From Thermoplasmatales archaeon (lineage in GTDB: Archaea > Thermoplasmatota > E2 > DHVEG-1), in the NCBI GenBank assembly GCA_020350825.1, contig CP070724.1:89860-153859 (forward strand): a stretch of 64,000 nt of DNA, given 5' to 3'. Shown in pieces: positions 44,263-52,787 of this stretch. Each line of letters starts with the position of its first letter. The first letter of the stretch is position 1. The notes under the pieces are model-generated. The model worked only from the letters and a program-made list of their open reading frames with translations, made no database searches and was not told the origin of the DNA. The translations under genes were made by a program, and so were the position numbers.

Positions 44263-45815
44263 AAAAGAGAGTTATTGTATTATTAATCATAATATTGCTA
44301 AGTTTCTTTTCGGGATGCACACTCTTTGATAGTCCCGAATTTTCATTGATTTCTTTAGTTGTAGACGATGATGAAGGATTTGTAGGTATGTCAATTAGTT
44401 TTAATATATCTGATAAAACGACACTAAAGCTGTTTGGTCCTGACAGAGATGTTCTTTTTTTAGATGATTATTATAGGGGGATGCACAACGTAATGGCTTA
44501 TCTTGATGAATATAGAAAAACCCCTTCTTCTGGTAGATATAATATACAGGCCTATGACAAAAATGAAAATTTAATTTTTGAAAACGAACTTTTTTTTAAA
44601 GGTCAAAATCTCTCAATTCTTGAGGTTAACGAAAATTGGTGGTTAGAAGATGGTAAATATTCACTCGTTGGACTGAACCTAACCATAATGAATTACGGTG
44701 ATTTACCTGTATACCCATATATTGCAGATGTACAAATTGATAATAAAGAATCATCTGGGCTTTTTTTACCAACAGTAATTTTACCACATCAAAGCAGAAA
44801 TGTATATTGTTTTATTTATATTGATGATATATTATCAAAAAAAAGCCAATTGAAGATATCATTAAAAAATAATGAAGAAAACATTATTGCAAATACTTCA
44901 CATACTATTTTTTTATCTGAAAATATATCTGAATTAACGTATAACTGGAGGTATTTAGGAAATAATAATCTTGTTCTACCAGATATTGAATTTTTATACA
45001 AATACTATAGCAATTTAGAGCGTCTTGTTTTAGATGATTATGCTGCGTACGTATTTGATTTGTACCACGATCAATATATGGATTTGGTTGTCAAAAGATT
45101 GTTATCTCTTACTGATGCATCAGGAGATGTGGGCAAAATCAATTTTGTAGCCTCTTTTATCCAAAATCTAGGTTATGCTGAGGACGACCCTAATGATCCC
45201 ACATGTGAATATCCACGTTATCCTGTAGAGATGTTAAAAGACTCGCAAGGAGATTGTGAAGATAAAGCGATACTTGCAGGATCTATTCTTGATAGCATGG
45301 GATTTAACATTTCACTTTTAAAATTACCGAATCATATGGTAGTTGGCGTCCATTTGGACGAAAGTGAATCAATTTTTGACTATTATATAGAAGAATATTA
45401 CTTTCTAGAAACGACTAGTACCGGATGGATATTGGGAAAAATCCCTCCAGAGTATAAAAATCTGTCAAATGTAACGATCTATCCGATATCGACACGACCT
45501 CTCCTAATTCATAGCTGGAAGAATGCAACCCGTTTTAGCGGTAGCGATGAATCAGATTATGTCAAGCTAAAAATTATAGTAGAAAATCTTGGGAGAGAAT
45601 CTGCCAGTAATTTCAAGATTTTAGGTGCGTTTTATAGCCAAAATAATATTCTAAATCAAGAAGAGATCTTAATACCCTCTTTGGCAGCAGGAAATAAGAA
45701 AATAGTCGATTTAAAGTTAAATGTACCTCAGGGAATTTCTACAACACTTAAAACCCAGATTCATCTGAACAACAAAATTGTTAATGAAAAAGAATCTAAC
45801 TCAAGTTTTCCATGA
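44253..45815 (+). CDS. Lipoprotein with a transglutaminase-like cysteine-protease core
   Basis: Lipobox-like FFSGCTLF. GDCEDKAILAGSILDSMGFN..NHMVVGV matches the Cys/His of transglutaminase-like folds. Overlaps the aminotransferase 3-prime end by 10 nt. Confidence 0.7.
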   Translation: MSVEKRVIVLLIIILLSFFSGCTLFDSPEFSLISLVVDDDEGFVGMSISFNISDKTTLKLFGPDRDVLFLDDYYRGMHNVMAYLDEYRKTPSSGRYNIQAYDKNENLIFENELFFKGQNLSILEVNENWWLEDGKYSLVGLNLTIMNYGDLPVYPYIADVQIDNKESSGLFLPTVILPHQSRNVYCFIYIDDILSKKSQLKISLKNNEENIIANTSHTIFLSENISELTYNWRYLGNNNLVLPDIEFLYKYYSNLERLVLDDYAAYVFDLYHDQYMDLVVKRLLSLTDASGDVGKINFVASFIQNLGYAEDDPNDPTCEYPRYPVEMLKDSQGDCEDKAILAGSILDSMGFNISLLKLPNHMVVGVHLDESESIFDYYIEEYYFLETTSTGWILGKIPPEYKNLSNVTIYPISTRPLLIHSWKNATRFSGSDESDYVKLKIIVENLGRESASNFKILGAFYSQNNILNQEEILIPSLAAGNKKIVDLKLNVPQGISTTLKTQIHLNNKIVNEKESNSSFP

Positions 45816-45901
45816 CTATTTCTTAAAATCAATTGATAATAACCGACCATCAGTAGTGTCTTTCCTTCATAGATTTTCACATTTGGAACTATTGAGTAGA
45901 T

Positions 45902-45915
45902 AAAAAAGTTTATAA
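45902..45915 (+). promoter_or_regulatory. BRE/TATA-like promoter for the RNase P RNA
   Basis: AAAAAAG followed by TTTATAA, centred about 28 nt upstream of the predicted 5-prime end at 45940. Confidence 0.45.
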
Positions 45916-45939
45916 CCAGATTTCCATAATTTATATAAT

Positions 45940-46311
45940 GCTGGGTGTAGGTGGACGGTTGACAGCGATTTATATCGCTGAGGAAAGTCCTCTCTCACTC
46001 TGAATCAGGATACCGTGCAAGCGGTTAAGGCGGGAGTCTTAGCAGAGGCGCAGAAACGACACAGCTCTTGGAATATGCTATGATTCATTTGATGATGAGT
46101 TCTCCTTGGGATTTGGTGAAACGGCCAATCTGCTCCTGGAGCAAGCCCAAATATCGGGATCAGTTATTCAGACTGCTCGAAGGTGGGGCGCATAGACGAA
46201 TACCGTTAGAACAGAAAGAGGCTCTCGTCGGGTCAGCAGACTGCTGCTTGGCTTGACAATGGGGTCACCTCTGATGTTGTAACAGAAAGAGGCTTACTAC
46301 CTTCACCCAGC
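45940..46311 (+). ncRNA. rnpB: RNase P RNA, archaeal type A
   Basis: P1 helix GCTGGGTG (45940-45947) pairs perfectly with CACCCAGC (46304-46311). P3 hairpin CAGCGATTTATATCGCTG, then CR-I GAGGAAAGTCC. CR-V ACAGAAAGAGGCTTAC near the 3-prime end supplies the other P4 strand. G+C much higher than the surroundings. Confidence 0.9.
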
Positions 46312-46392
46312 GACCCCAATAAATTATCGTTGTCTTCTGTTCGGACATACAACAACTTTATGTCCTAACGTAAGACTTCACACTGTCATTTA

Positions 46393-47013
46393 TTATTGAT
46401 AACTAACAGCATTTCCAATGTGATTTTTGTTAATATTTTCTAGTCGTGTCATAGCATCATTATAAACCCTGTTGGATATTTCACCATTTGCCAATTGCTC
46501 TATTAGTTTCAATTCAAGTTCAATTTGATTAGAGTGCTGTACTGTTCGTTGCCTTGGTTCAATACCTGGATTTGCTATGTAGTTATTTGTAGAATCGTCT
46601 TTCTTCTTGGTTTTTGATTCTACTGGAGAATCCATTTTCTTATGTGCTATGGATTTGGATGAGTCATCGGAAATTGATTCAAAGGCCTTGTCATAGGATT
46701 TTCGTAGTTCTTGATCCGTCTTCTTTACATATCTATCGTAAAGTACATTGATGTCTCGATGTCTAGTTTGTGACTGAAGGGTTTTTGGGTCTTTCTCAGT
46801 TTGTGCATAATGGGTTATTCCAGTATGCCTCCAGATATGAGGATAGAATTGTACATTGCCTGGTAAACCTGCAATGTGTCGGTAAATCTTGTGAAATTCG
46901 TGGAGCTTGGTTCTGCTAATTCTTCTCCCATCATAGAGAAATAACGCCTTTTCGTGTCCTTCTCTTGCTTGGTCTATTACAACGACCTTTGGTTGGGGTA
47001 TAGGTATTATCGC
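46393..47013 (-). pseudogene. Tyrosine recombinase (integrase) gene lacking its 5-prime part, no start codon
   Basis: Hand translation upstream of the track ORF gives ..DGRRISRTKLHEFHKIYRHIAGLPGNVQFYPHIWRHTGITHYAQTEKDPKTLQSQTRHRDINVLYDRYV.. (HxxR box, second His, catalytic Tyr). The frame opens directly after a TGA at 47014-47016. No ATG/GTG/TTG occurs before residue M at 46635, the box I Arg region is absent, and there is an unusual ~110-aa tail after the Tyr. Confidence 0.8.
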
Positions 47014-47090
47014 TCATTTCATCGCTGTTTTCGTGATATTGAAGAAATAGACTATCCATAACTTCGCCCTAAAAGTCAATTGATCTATTT

Positions 47091-47110
47091 GTTTTTAGCC
47101 CAGAAGAATC
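47091..47110 (-). repeat. Core repeat copy 3 (GTTTTTAGCCCAGAAGAATC on the + strand)
   Basis: Perfect 20-mer, 78 nt from the 5-prime edge of the integrase remnant. Confidence 0.95.
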
Positions 47111-47345
47111 TACAAGATTATAGCAATGTGGAAATTGAAATCAGATCAACCTGCAATAACATTTTTGTTTTGTTACAGATTAAAAAGAAAATGCGTTAGA
47201 AGGATTAATTACGCTCTATGGATTAAAAAAAAGACAGAGTGCAAGGCTTCCCTGCTAATCATTTTCATATTTTACAATTTGAAGATACATAAGGTAATAT
47301 ATCACAAATAATCCATAGAACTAATGTTATTAAAAACATAACACC

Positions 47346-47798
47346 CTATATTGCTATAAATATAAATGGAATAACAAAAGCAACAAGGATTCCAGAAGGT
47401 ATTTTTGTTAAAAAGAACCTGCTCTTAAATCTTTCAGATAAAAAATTTTTATCTGGATTCATAATAGCCTGAAAGCAACCTAATGGCAATCCTTGATTAC
47501 TTTCGTTGTCAAAAATTATTTTTTCTAACTTTCTGCCTTCTTTTTCGGCTAGATAGATATGAGTCAATTTTTTATGTAAAATAAATAGCCAGATTGAAGA
47601 TATTAAAATACCTGCTAAACAAAGTATCAGAGCTAATAATTTTGTCTTATCATAAATATGAGCGAAACCAGCAAAAAGCAAACCAATTATCAGAATGAAT
47701 ATATAAAAGGATGTCCAATAGCTTTCATCCCATCGTTTCCAAATATTTACTAATATTTCATATCTTCTCAAATTATTATTTGGTGTATTATTCGACAT
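47346..47798 (-). CDS. Hypothetical membrane protein (2-3 TM)
   Basis: ATG at 47798 is preceded by GGAGGGGG. Has hydrophobic helices. No family recognised. Confidence 0.5.
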   Translation of the reverse strand: MSNNTPNNNLRRYEILVNIWKRWDESYWTSFYIFILIIGLLFAGFAHIYDKTKLLALILCLAGILISSIWLFILHKKLTHIYLAEKEGRKLEKIIFDNESNQGLPLGCFQAIMNPDKNFLSERFKSRFFLTKIPSGILVAFVIPFIFIAI

Positions 47799-48140
47799 TT
47801 CCTTTTCCCCCTCCAAAATCTATAATTTTAATAACTTCTCTTTATTTAAAAACCTTTACTATCCTACAGTACTTCCAAAAGTAAGTTATAAAGCCCCAAA
47901 AAAGGACTAAAATCAATATTTTAAGACGAATCTACCAACTAAATTACAGCCTAAATCTAACGAAATGAACAAAAATGATGCTAAAAAAACAATGAAAAAT
48001 GAAAATAAAAGAAGTCTTTGAAATATCTAACAAAGAAAAAGGTTAATGCTATGATGGGAGGGATGTAGAAGAATGTATATTGAAAATACAAACTATTACG
48101 TGAGATAAATATTTATCAAATCTAAGTCGGTATATATTTT

Positions 48141-48602
48141 TTAACACTTAAAACGATATTTTGCTAGTTTATGTTCCAATAGCAAAAGTTCAGTGTCTAT
48201 ACCAATAGCTTTAATAGTTGATGTATATTCATTTCCAACTCTTTTCTGAAACTCTCTAATTAAAAAATAACCGTCGTTATCCTCAAGGGAAAGACTCAAT
48301 TTGGAGATAATTGTATGAAGCGCTTTTCCCACCTCGGTCGGCAAAACAGCATTTATATTCGGCATGACATTTATCCTCTCTTCTTCTTCTAAAAGACGTG
48401 TATCCCGTATCTCTACATACTGTAAAAAACCATAATCTGCCTCAAGTTCTTTAAGTAAAGAACTCATCGTTGAGGTAGCATATTCTTCACCCCTCTTTCG
48501 CATAGTTGTATTAATCAATGTATTCAACACCTGTTTAACAACTTCTGAATTATTTTTTCGAGGGGTTATAAAATCATTACTGAACATATACCGTTTCCCC
48601 AT
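48141..48602 (-). CDS. Hypothetical soluble protein (153 aa)
   Basis: ORF only, non-repetitive composition. Confidence 0.45.
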   Translation of the reverse strand: MGKRYMFSNDFITPRKNNSEVVKQVLNTLINTTMRKRGEEYATSTMSSLLKELEADYGFLQYVEIRDTRLLEEEERINVMPNINAVLPTEVGKALHTIISKLSLSLEDNDGYFLIREFQKRVGNEYTSTIKAIGIDTELLLLEHKLAKYRFKC

Positions 48603-48752
48603 CTCTAATAAGTTATACTGTTCCTGATTTTATATAAATATATTGTGTCAAAATGTCAAATTGGAAAAACATACTTCTTAATACATAATTTTTTTGTTCT
48701 TACGCAGTGAAAATAGGTTTACGACCAACGCTCAACACTTACTTAAACGTAT

Positions 48753-48974
48753 ATGGCATTTACTCTTCATATGGCTATGAATTTTAACGAAGAGTGTATT
48801 TATTTAAGAAAAAAATTAATTAAACGACCTTTGGCAGGTAAGGACACTAAGGAAATTCAATATAGCTATGTATGTTTACATAAAGAAAATTACATGGACG
48901 ATAAAGGCTGTCCACCATCAAATGTATGCAAAGGTTACAATACAACTGGGATTAGAATTATAAATGTTGACTAA
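48753..48974 (+). CDS. Small Cys-containing hypothetical protein
   Basis: ORF only. Confidence 0.3.
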   Translation: MAFTLHMAMNFNEECIYLRKKLIKRPLAGKDTKEIQYSYVCLHKENYMDDKGCPPSNVCKGYNTTGIRIINVD

Positions 48975-49046
48975 TTAATACCACCCTTGTATTCACCACC
49001 CGCCGTTCAACATCGTGTTTTTACCACCCGACACCCGCAGATTCAT

Positions 49047-49076
49047 CAGTACACTGTTTAAGGTACTGTCTTTTTT
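49047..49076 (+). terminator. Hairpin plus T-tract
   Basis: CAGTAC (49047-49052) pairs with GTACTG (49063-49068) across a 10-nt loop, followed by TCTTTTTT. Downstream of the 48753-48974 ORF. Confidence 0.35.
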
Positions 49077-49153
49077 AAGGGTGATTTCTGATGTTGTCGT
49101 ATTCGGGTGATTTACAGAATTATTATATGTTACTTACTGCCAATATTTTTTTG

Positions 49154-49173
49154 GTTTTTAGCCCAGAAGAATC
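49154..49173 (-). repeat. Core repeat copy 4 (GTTTTTAGCCCAGAAGAATC on the + strand)
   Basis: Perfect 20-mer, in direct orientation with copy 3 and 2063 bp away. Lies 18 nt after the stop of the minus-strand gene 49192-49827. Confidence 0.95.
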
Positions 49174-49191
49174 AGCAATTTGTAATACATT

Positions 49192-49827
49192 TTAAATCTT
49201 GGACGAGCAAGGAATTGTACAGGACATACCACCGCAATTTGGAGTCAATAAATCTAATATTATGCCTATAAGCGTATATATGAAATTGATTGGTAATGTA
49301 ATAATACACATGAGTAACCCTGCAATCCCTTTATCAAATGTAAAACAATCAAATGTTTTGGGACAAGCAATAACAACTGATCGCGGTGTATAATCTTTGT
49401 TTTCTGTACCAACATCTTGTATTGGTATTGGGCTATCGCTATCTCTAAGCAGATATAGTGCCACCCTGATTTCATCAGGATTTACACCAATAAATCTTTT
49501 ATTCTCTCGTACATGGTCGATAATGTTCACAATGAATCTCTCGGATGATTTATCATCCATCCTGCTGATTCTATCAACAACTTTCTGAACCATTATTGCT
49601 TTATCATCCCGTTCAGGAAACGGTAATGTATTTCCTTTACCAATATACTCACAAGTAAGATCTTTGCTTTCTTCATCTATCGCCCTGTTAGTTCTAATAT
49701 TAAACAACGGTGATGCTCTCGCAATGGTAGAAGATTTAGTGGTTTGATAACCAACTACACCAGTAAACGACACCAGAACCAGTATTCCAACAGCTATTAT
49801 ACTACCAACCATTATTTTTTTATTCAT
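49192..49827 (-). CDS. Secreted/membrane hypothetical protein with a Cys-rich C-terminus
   Basis: Signal-like IMVGSIIAVGILVLVSFTGVVG and C-terminal TM helix plus ..PNCGGMSCTIPCSSKI. Confidence 0.5.
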   Translation of the reverse strand: MNKKIMVGSIIAVGILVLVSFTGVVGYQTTKSSTIARASPLFNIRTNRAIDEESKDLTCEYIGKGNTLPFPERDDKAIMVQKVVDRISRMDDKSSERFIVNIIDHVRENKRFIGVNPDEIRVALYLLRDSDSPIPIQDVGTENKDYTPRSVVIACPKTFDCFTFDKGIAGLLMCIITLPINFIYTLIGIILDLLTPNCGGMSCTIPCSSKI

Positions 49828-49840
49828 ATTATTCCTCCCC

Positions 49841-52174
49841 TTAGAAGAACTTCCACACAGTCATCTCCGAAGTAGCATTGTTACCGATATTGTCGTAAGC
49901 AACAGCTTTAATTCTATATCTTAAAGGAATCAATGCCCTCCACCTGTAACTATAGGGTTCAGTGAAATCTTCATCTTTAAGTTTATTATTAATATAGAAC
50001 TCTACTTTTTCAATCCCCTCATCAGATATAGCCTCCACCGTAATATCAATATACCCTACTATTATTGTATTTCTAGGCAAAGAAAAGAGTGGTTTATTTC
50101 GGAAGTAGAATCTTCTCTCTATAGGTTTAATTATAGATACATCTAAATCTGCAGGAATTGTGGTAAAACACCAGACCGAACCCTCAGTTGACGCACCATA
50201 GTGATCCCAAGCAACAATCTGCCAATAATACATCATATTACCTAATAATTCACCAGGGTCATAACTTGTATCTGACTGATTACTCGTAACCTGTGGAGGA
50301 GAACTACTAGTTCCAAAATACACATCATACGTAACTGGATCACCATCAGGATCACCACTAGTCCACCTTAACTTAATATTATTACTTACATTAGTCGCAC
50401 CATCTTCAGGGGTAGGCTCATAAGGCTTATGTGGTGGTTTATTTCCAATTCTGACAATGTTTCTCTTAGTGTCATTTTCAGAGTTGTTGCTATGCACACG
50501 TAAAGTTACTAGGTAATATCCTGCTTCCTCGAATGTATGGTTAGTATATGGACTTGTAAAGTTTACATCAAATTCTTCATCGTTGTCCCAGTCCCATTCA
50601 TAAAGAGTAATATATCCATCATAATCATAACTATCTGAAGCATTGAAAAGAATTAGCTCTCCTGGATCTGGAGGTATTGGTGTCCAGTTGAATTCAGCAA
50701 TTGGAGGAAAATCTCTATCCCACACCTCCATTAAAGGATAATTATCTTCGGCATTAATTAATGTATATGGTGTGTCGCCAATACCATCGCTACCTGGTAT
50801 ATTCTGATTAGGGCCTGAAAAATTATCCACCCCTGTATAATCAGACCAAAAGTTACCACCAGAGGGATACCCATCATCCCAATAATTAAATAAATCCCCA
50901 TTAGAAGCCTGCCCATTTTCATCTCCGTTATAAATGAAATTATTATGAAAAACCCTGTTGAGATTTCCACCACATAAACATGCTTCTAAAGCAACGCCTC
51001 GTTCAACATTTGACATGATATTATTTGAGAATATATGATTTTTCGAAGACATAATCATAAAAATCCCAATATTATTGCTACAGATATTGTTCTCCCAAAT
51101 CATGTTTAAAAATCCCCCACCGTCATGTGAAAAATAAATACCAAATCCTGAATTATCGTTTATCGTATTATTTTGTATAACGTTATAACCACCACCCCCA
51201 AAGCAATCTTCCTCCCCAAACCTCACACCATAATGGTTTTCAGTAATAACACATTGATTAATAATACTGTCTAACACACCATTGAACAATATTCCGACAT
51301 TGTTGTTCGAGATGGTGCTATCCGTGAGAAGACAATTATGAGTATTCCATAACTCGATACCAACATCCGTGTTAGATATTTCTTGGTTCTGTATGGTAAT
51401 ATTACTGCAGTTTATGAGTATTACTTGCCCTTCGTCAACATCTATGATAGTATCTGATTTATTTTCTAAACAGACAAGAGGTTTATCATTGACTGTATTG
51501 TTTATAACAGTATTTTGATATGAATAATAGATCTTAAGACCATCGTTGAAAAAAGAATTGTTTAAAACAAAGTTGTTGCTGGAATAACCAAGGACTAGGC
51601 CATACATAACATTTGAAGTAATGGTATTGCCCGTGATTCTGTTACCGTTAGAAGAAGTTAGCCATATACCATTCCATTTATTCGAGCTGATATTATTATC
51701 CTTTATGGTATTGTTATTACTATTACTAGGCCAATCACCTATATCTATACCAACCCAATTATTCAAGATGTTGTTGTCTGCAATCGTGGTAAAATCAGAT
51801 TTTATATCAATTCCTAACCTATAATTGCCACTGTTTCTAATTGTAAAACTACTGATGTTCACCCAATCAGCAGTAATATAAACAACATCTCCAGTATTGC
51901 TACCATCAATAATTGTGGTATTCCTATCTTCTCCAATAAGACTTATCGATTTGTTGATTATAATGGACTCATAATACGTGCCACTTGGAATATATATCGT
52001 ATCACCAGATGATGCATTATCTATCAAATCCTGAATATAACCATTAGAATTAAGAGACGGAAAAGATGTCTTCTCTACAATAATAGTTCCAGTTGAAGGA
52101 ATAACACTCGCACTAACGAATAAGAGTATAACGGCAACTACTACTCCTTCCTTGATGAGGTTATTTCTTTCCAT
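49841..52174 (-). CDS. Large secreted protein: right-handed parallel beta-helix (NosD/PbH1-like) plus PKD plus Fn3-like plus Ig-like domains
   Basis: Signal anchor, about 15 repeats of the N.I..N..GI.L type, PKD-like FNASDSYDYDGYITLYEWDWDND..YLVTLRV, then the module DPDGDPVTYDVYFGT..YYWQIVAWD. Confidence 0.8.
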   Translation of the reverse strand: MERNNLIKEGVVVAVILLFVSASVIPSTGTIIVEKTSFPSLNSNGYIQDLIDNASSGDTIYIPSGTYYESIIINKSISLIGEDRNTTIIDGSNTGDVVYITADWVNISSFTIRNSGNYRLGIDIKSDFTTIADNNILNNWVGIDIGDWPSNSNNNTIKDNNISSNKWNGIWLTSSNGNRITGNTITSNVMYGLVLGYSSNNFVLNNSFFNDGLKIYYSYQNTVINNTVNDKPLVCLENKSDTIIDVDEGQVILINCSNITIQNQEISNTDVGIELWNTHNCLLTDSTISNNNVGILFNGVLDSIINQCVITENHYGVRFGEEDCFGGGGYNVIQNNTINDNSGFGIYFSHDGGGFLNMIWENNICSNNIGIFMIMSSKNHIFSNNIMSNVERGVALEACLCGGNLNRVFHNNFIYNGDENGQASNGDLFNYWDDGYPSGGNFWSDYTGVDNFSGPNQNIPGSDGIGDTPYTLINAEDNYPLMEVWDRDFPPIAEFNWTPIPPDPGELILFNASDSYDYDGYITLYEWDWDNDEEFDVNFTSPYTNHTFEEAGYYLVTLRVHSNNSENDTKRNIVRIGNKPPHKPYEPTPEDGATNVSNNIKLRWTSGDPDGDPVTYDVYFGTSSSPPQVTSNQSDTSYDPGELLGNMMYYWQIVAWDHYGASTEGSVWCFTTIPADLDVSIIKPIERRFYFRNKPLFSLPRNTIIVGYIDITVEAISDEGIEKVEFYINNKLKDEDFTEPYSYRWRALIPLRYRIKAVAYDNIGNNATSEMTVWKFF

Positions 52175-52220
52175 AACTTTCCCCCTCTATGTATTAATAA
52201 TGCACTTCTGATATATTTGT

Positions 52221-52787
52221 TTATCTATTTGTTATGTCTTCAATCTCGACTTGTTTCTCCATAGGAATAATAAAAATATCCTTCTCATCACATCTTCTTT
52301 GGATATATCGTATATTATAATATGGGATTATGGAGATCCTGATTGAATTACTCCTACTATCATATTTATCAAATTTATCTCCAATCTTCCGATTAAACAT
52401 CTCCTTTGATATTCCACTCTTAATCATCGGTTTCCAATTACTTACTTCAATCTTAATAGAATATGTATTATAGTATTCCTCTACCAATCTTAAATATACA
52501 TCAATACTGCCATTGGTTTTATTCTTCTTAGTTTGATACTGAGATTTCATGTAATATGAATTAGGTTGTATTTTATCACTCCAAGATAATCCACTTTCTT
52601 CCAATGTATATTTTATATTATACCAAACGTAAGTTTCTCCAATTTTGCCTAAAATGTTTTCCTTTTTCCTGTATCTCCTAATCCACTTTTTACATTTCCA
52701 AATAATTTCTTGAGTAAATCTCCATCTCTGGCTTACACTAAAGAGATTATTATATACAAAAAAAGGATTGTAATTACTTATTGTCAT
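52221..52787 (-). CDS. Hypothetical protein with a PD-(D/E)xK-nuclease-like motif pattern
   Basis: GKIGETYVWYNIKYTLEESG (helix with Glu), then GSIDVYL and IKIEVSNWK. The spacing is loose (ExxxxK), so the fold call is tentative. Confidence 0.35.
   Translation of the reverse strand: MTISNYNPFFVYNNLFSVSQRWRFTQEIIWKCKKWIRRYRKKENILGKIGETYVWYNIKYTLEESGLSWSDKIQPNSYYMKSQYQTKKNKTNGSIDVYLRLVEEYYNTYSIKIEVSNWKPMIKSGISKEMFNRKIGDKFDKYDSRSNSIRISIIPYYNIRYIQRRCDEKDIFIIPMEKQVEIEDITNR

Noticed and set aside
46068-46256. 62-aa ORF on the + strand
   Set aside because: It lies entirely inside the RNase P RNA gene (45940-46311). Its openness is a by-product of the G+C-rich structured RNA.
46556-46566. T-loop-like GGTTCAATACC inside the integrase tail, considered as a tRNA fragment marking an att site
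   Set aside because: The flanking bases do not form a T-stem (CTTGG against CCTGG) and no acceptor or anticodon arm can be drawn. No tRNA gene was recognised anywhere in the window.
47111-49153. Search for the missing N-terminal half of an SSV-type split integrase (also looked at 36464-37291 and 52221-52965)
   Set aside because: No ORF or frame in these regions shows an integrase N-terminal or box I (Arg) region that I could recognise. The split-gene model therefore remains unsupported within this window.
36494-49173. Whether the four 20-nt repeats are a CRISPR array or solitary CRISPR repeats
   Set aside because: The spacings are 0.58, 10.0 and 2.06 kb and the orientations are mixed. Identity is limited to 20 nt with protein-coding genes in between, and no cas genes were seen. 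This is not CRISPR-like.
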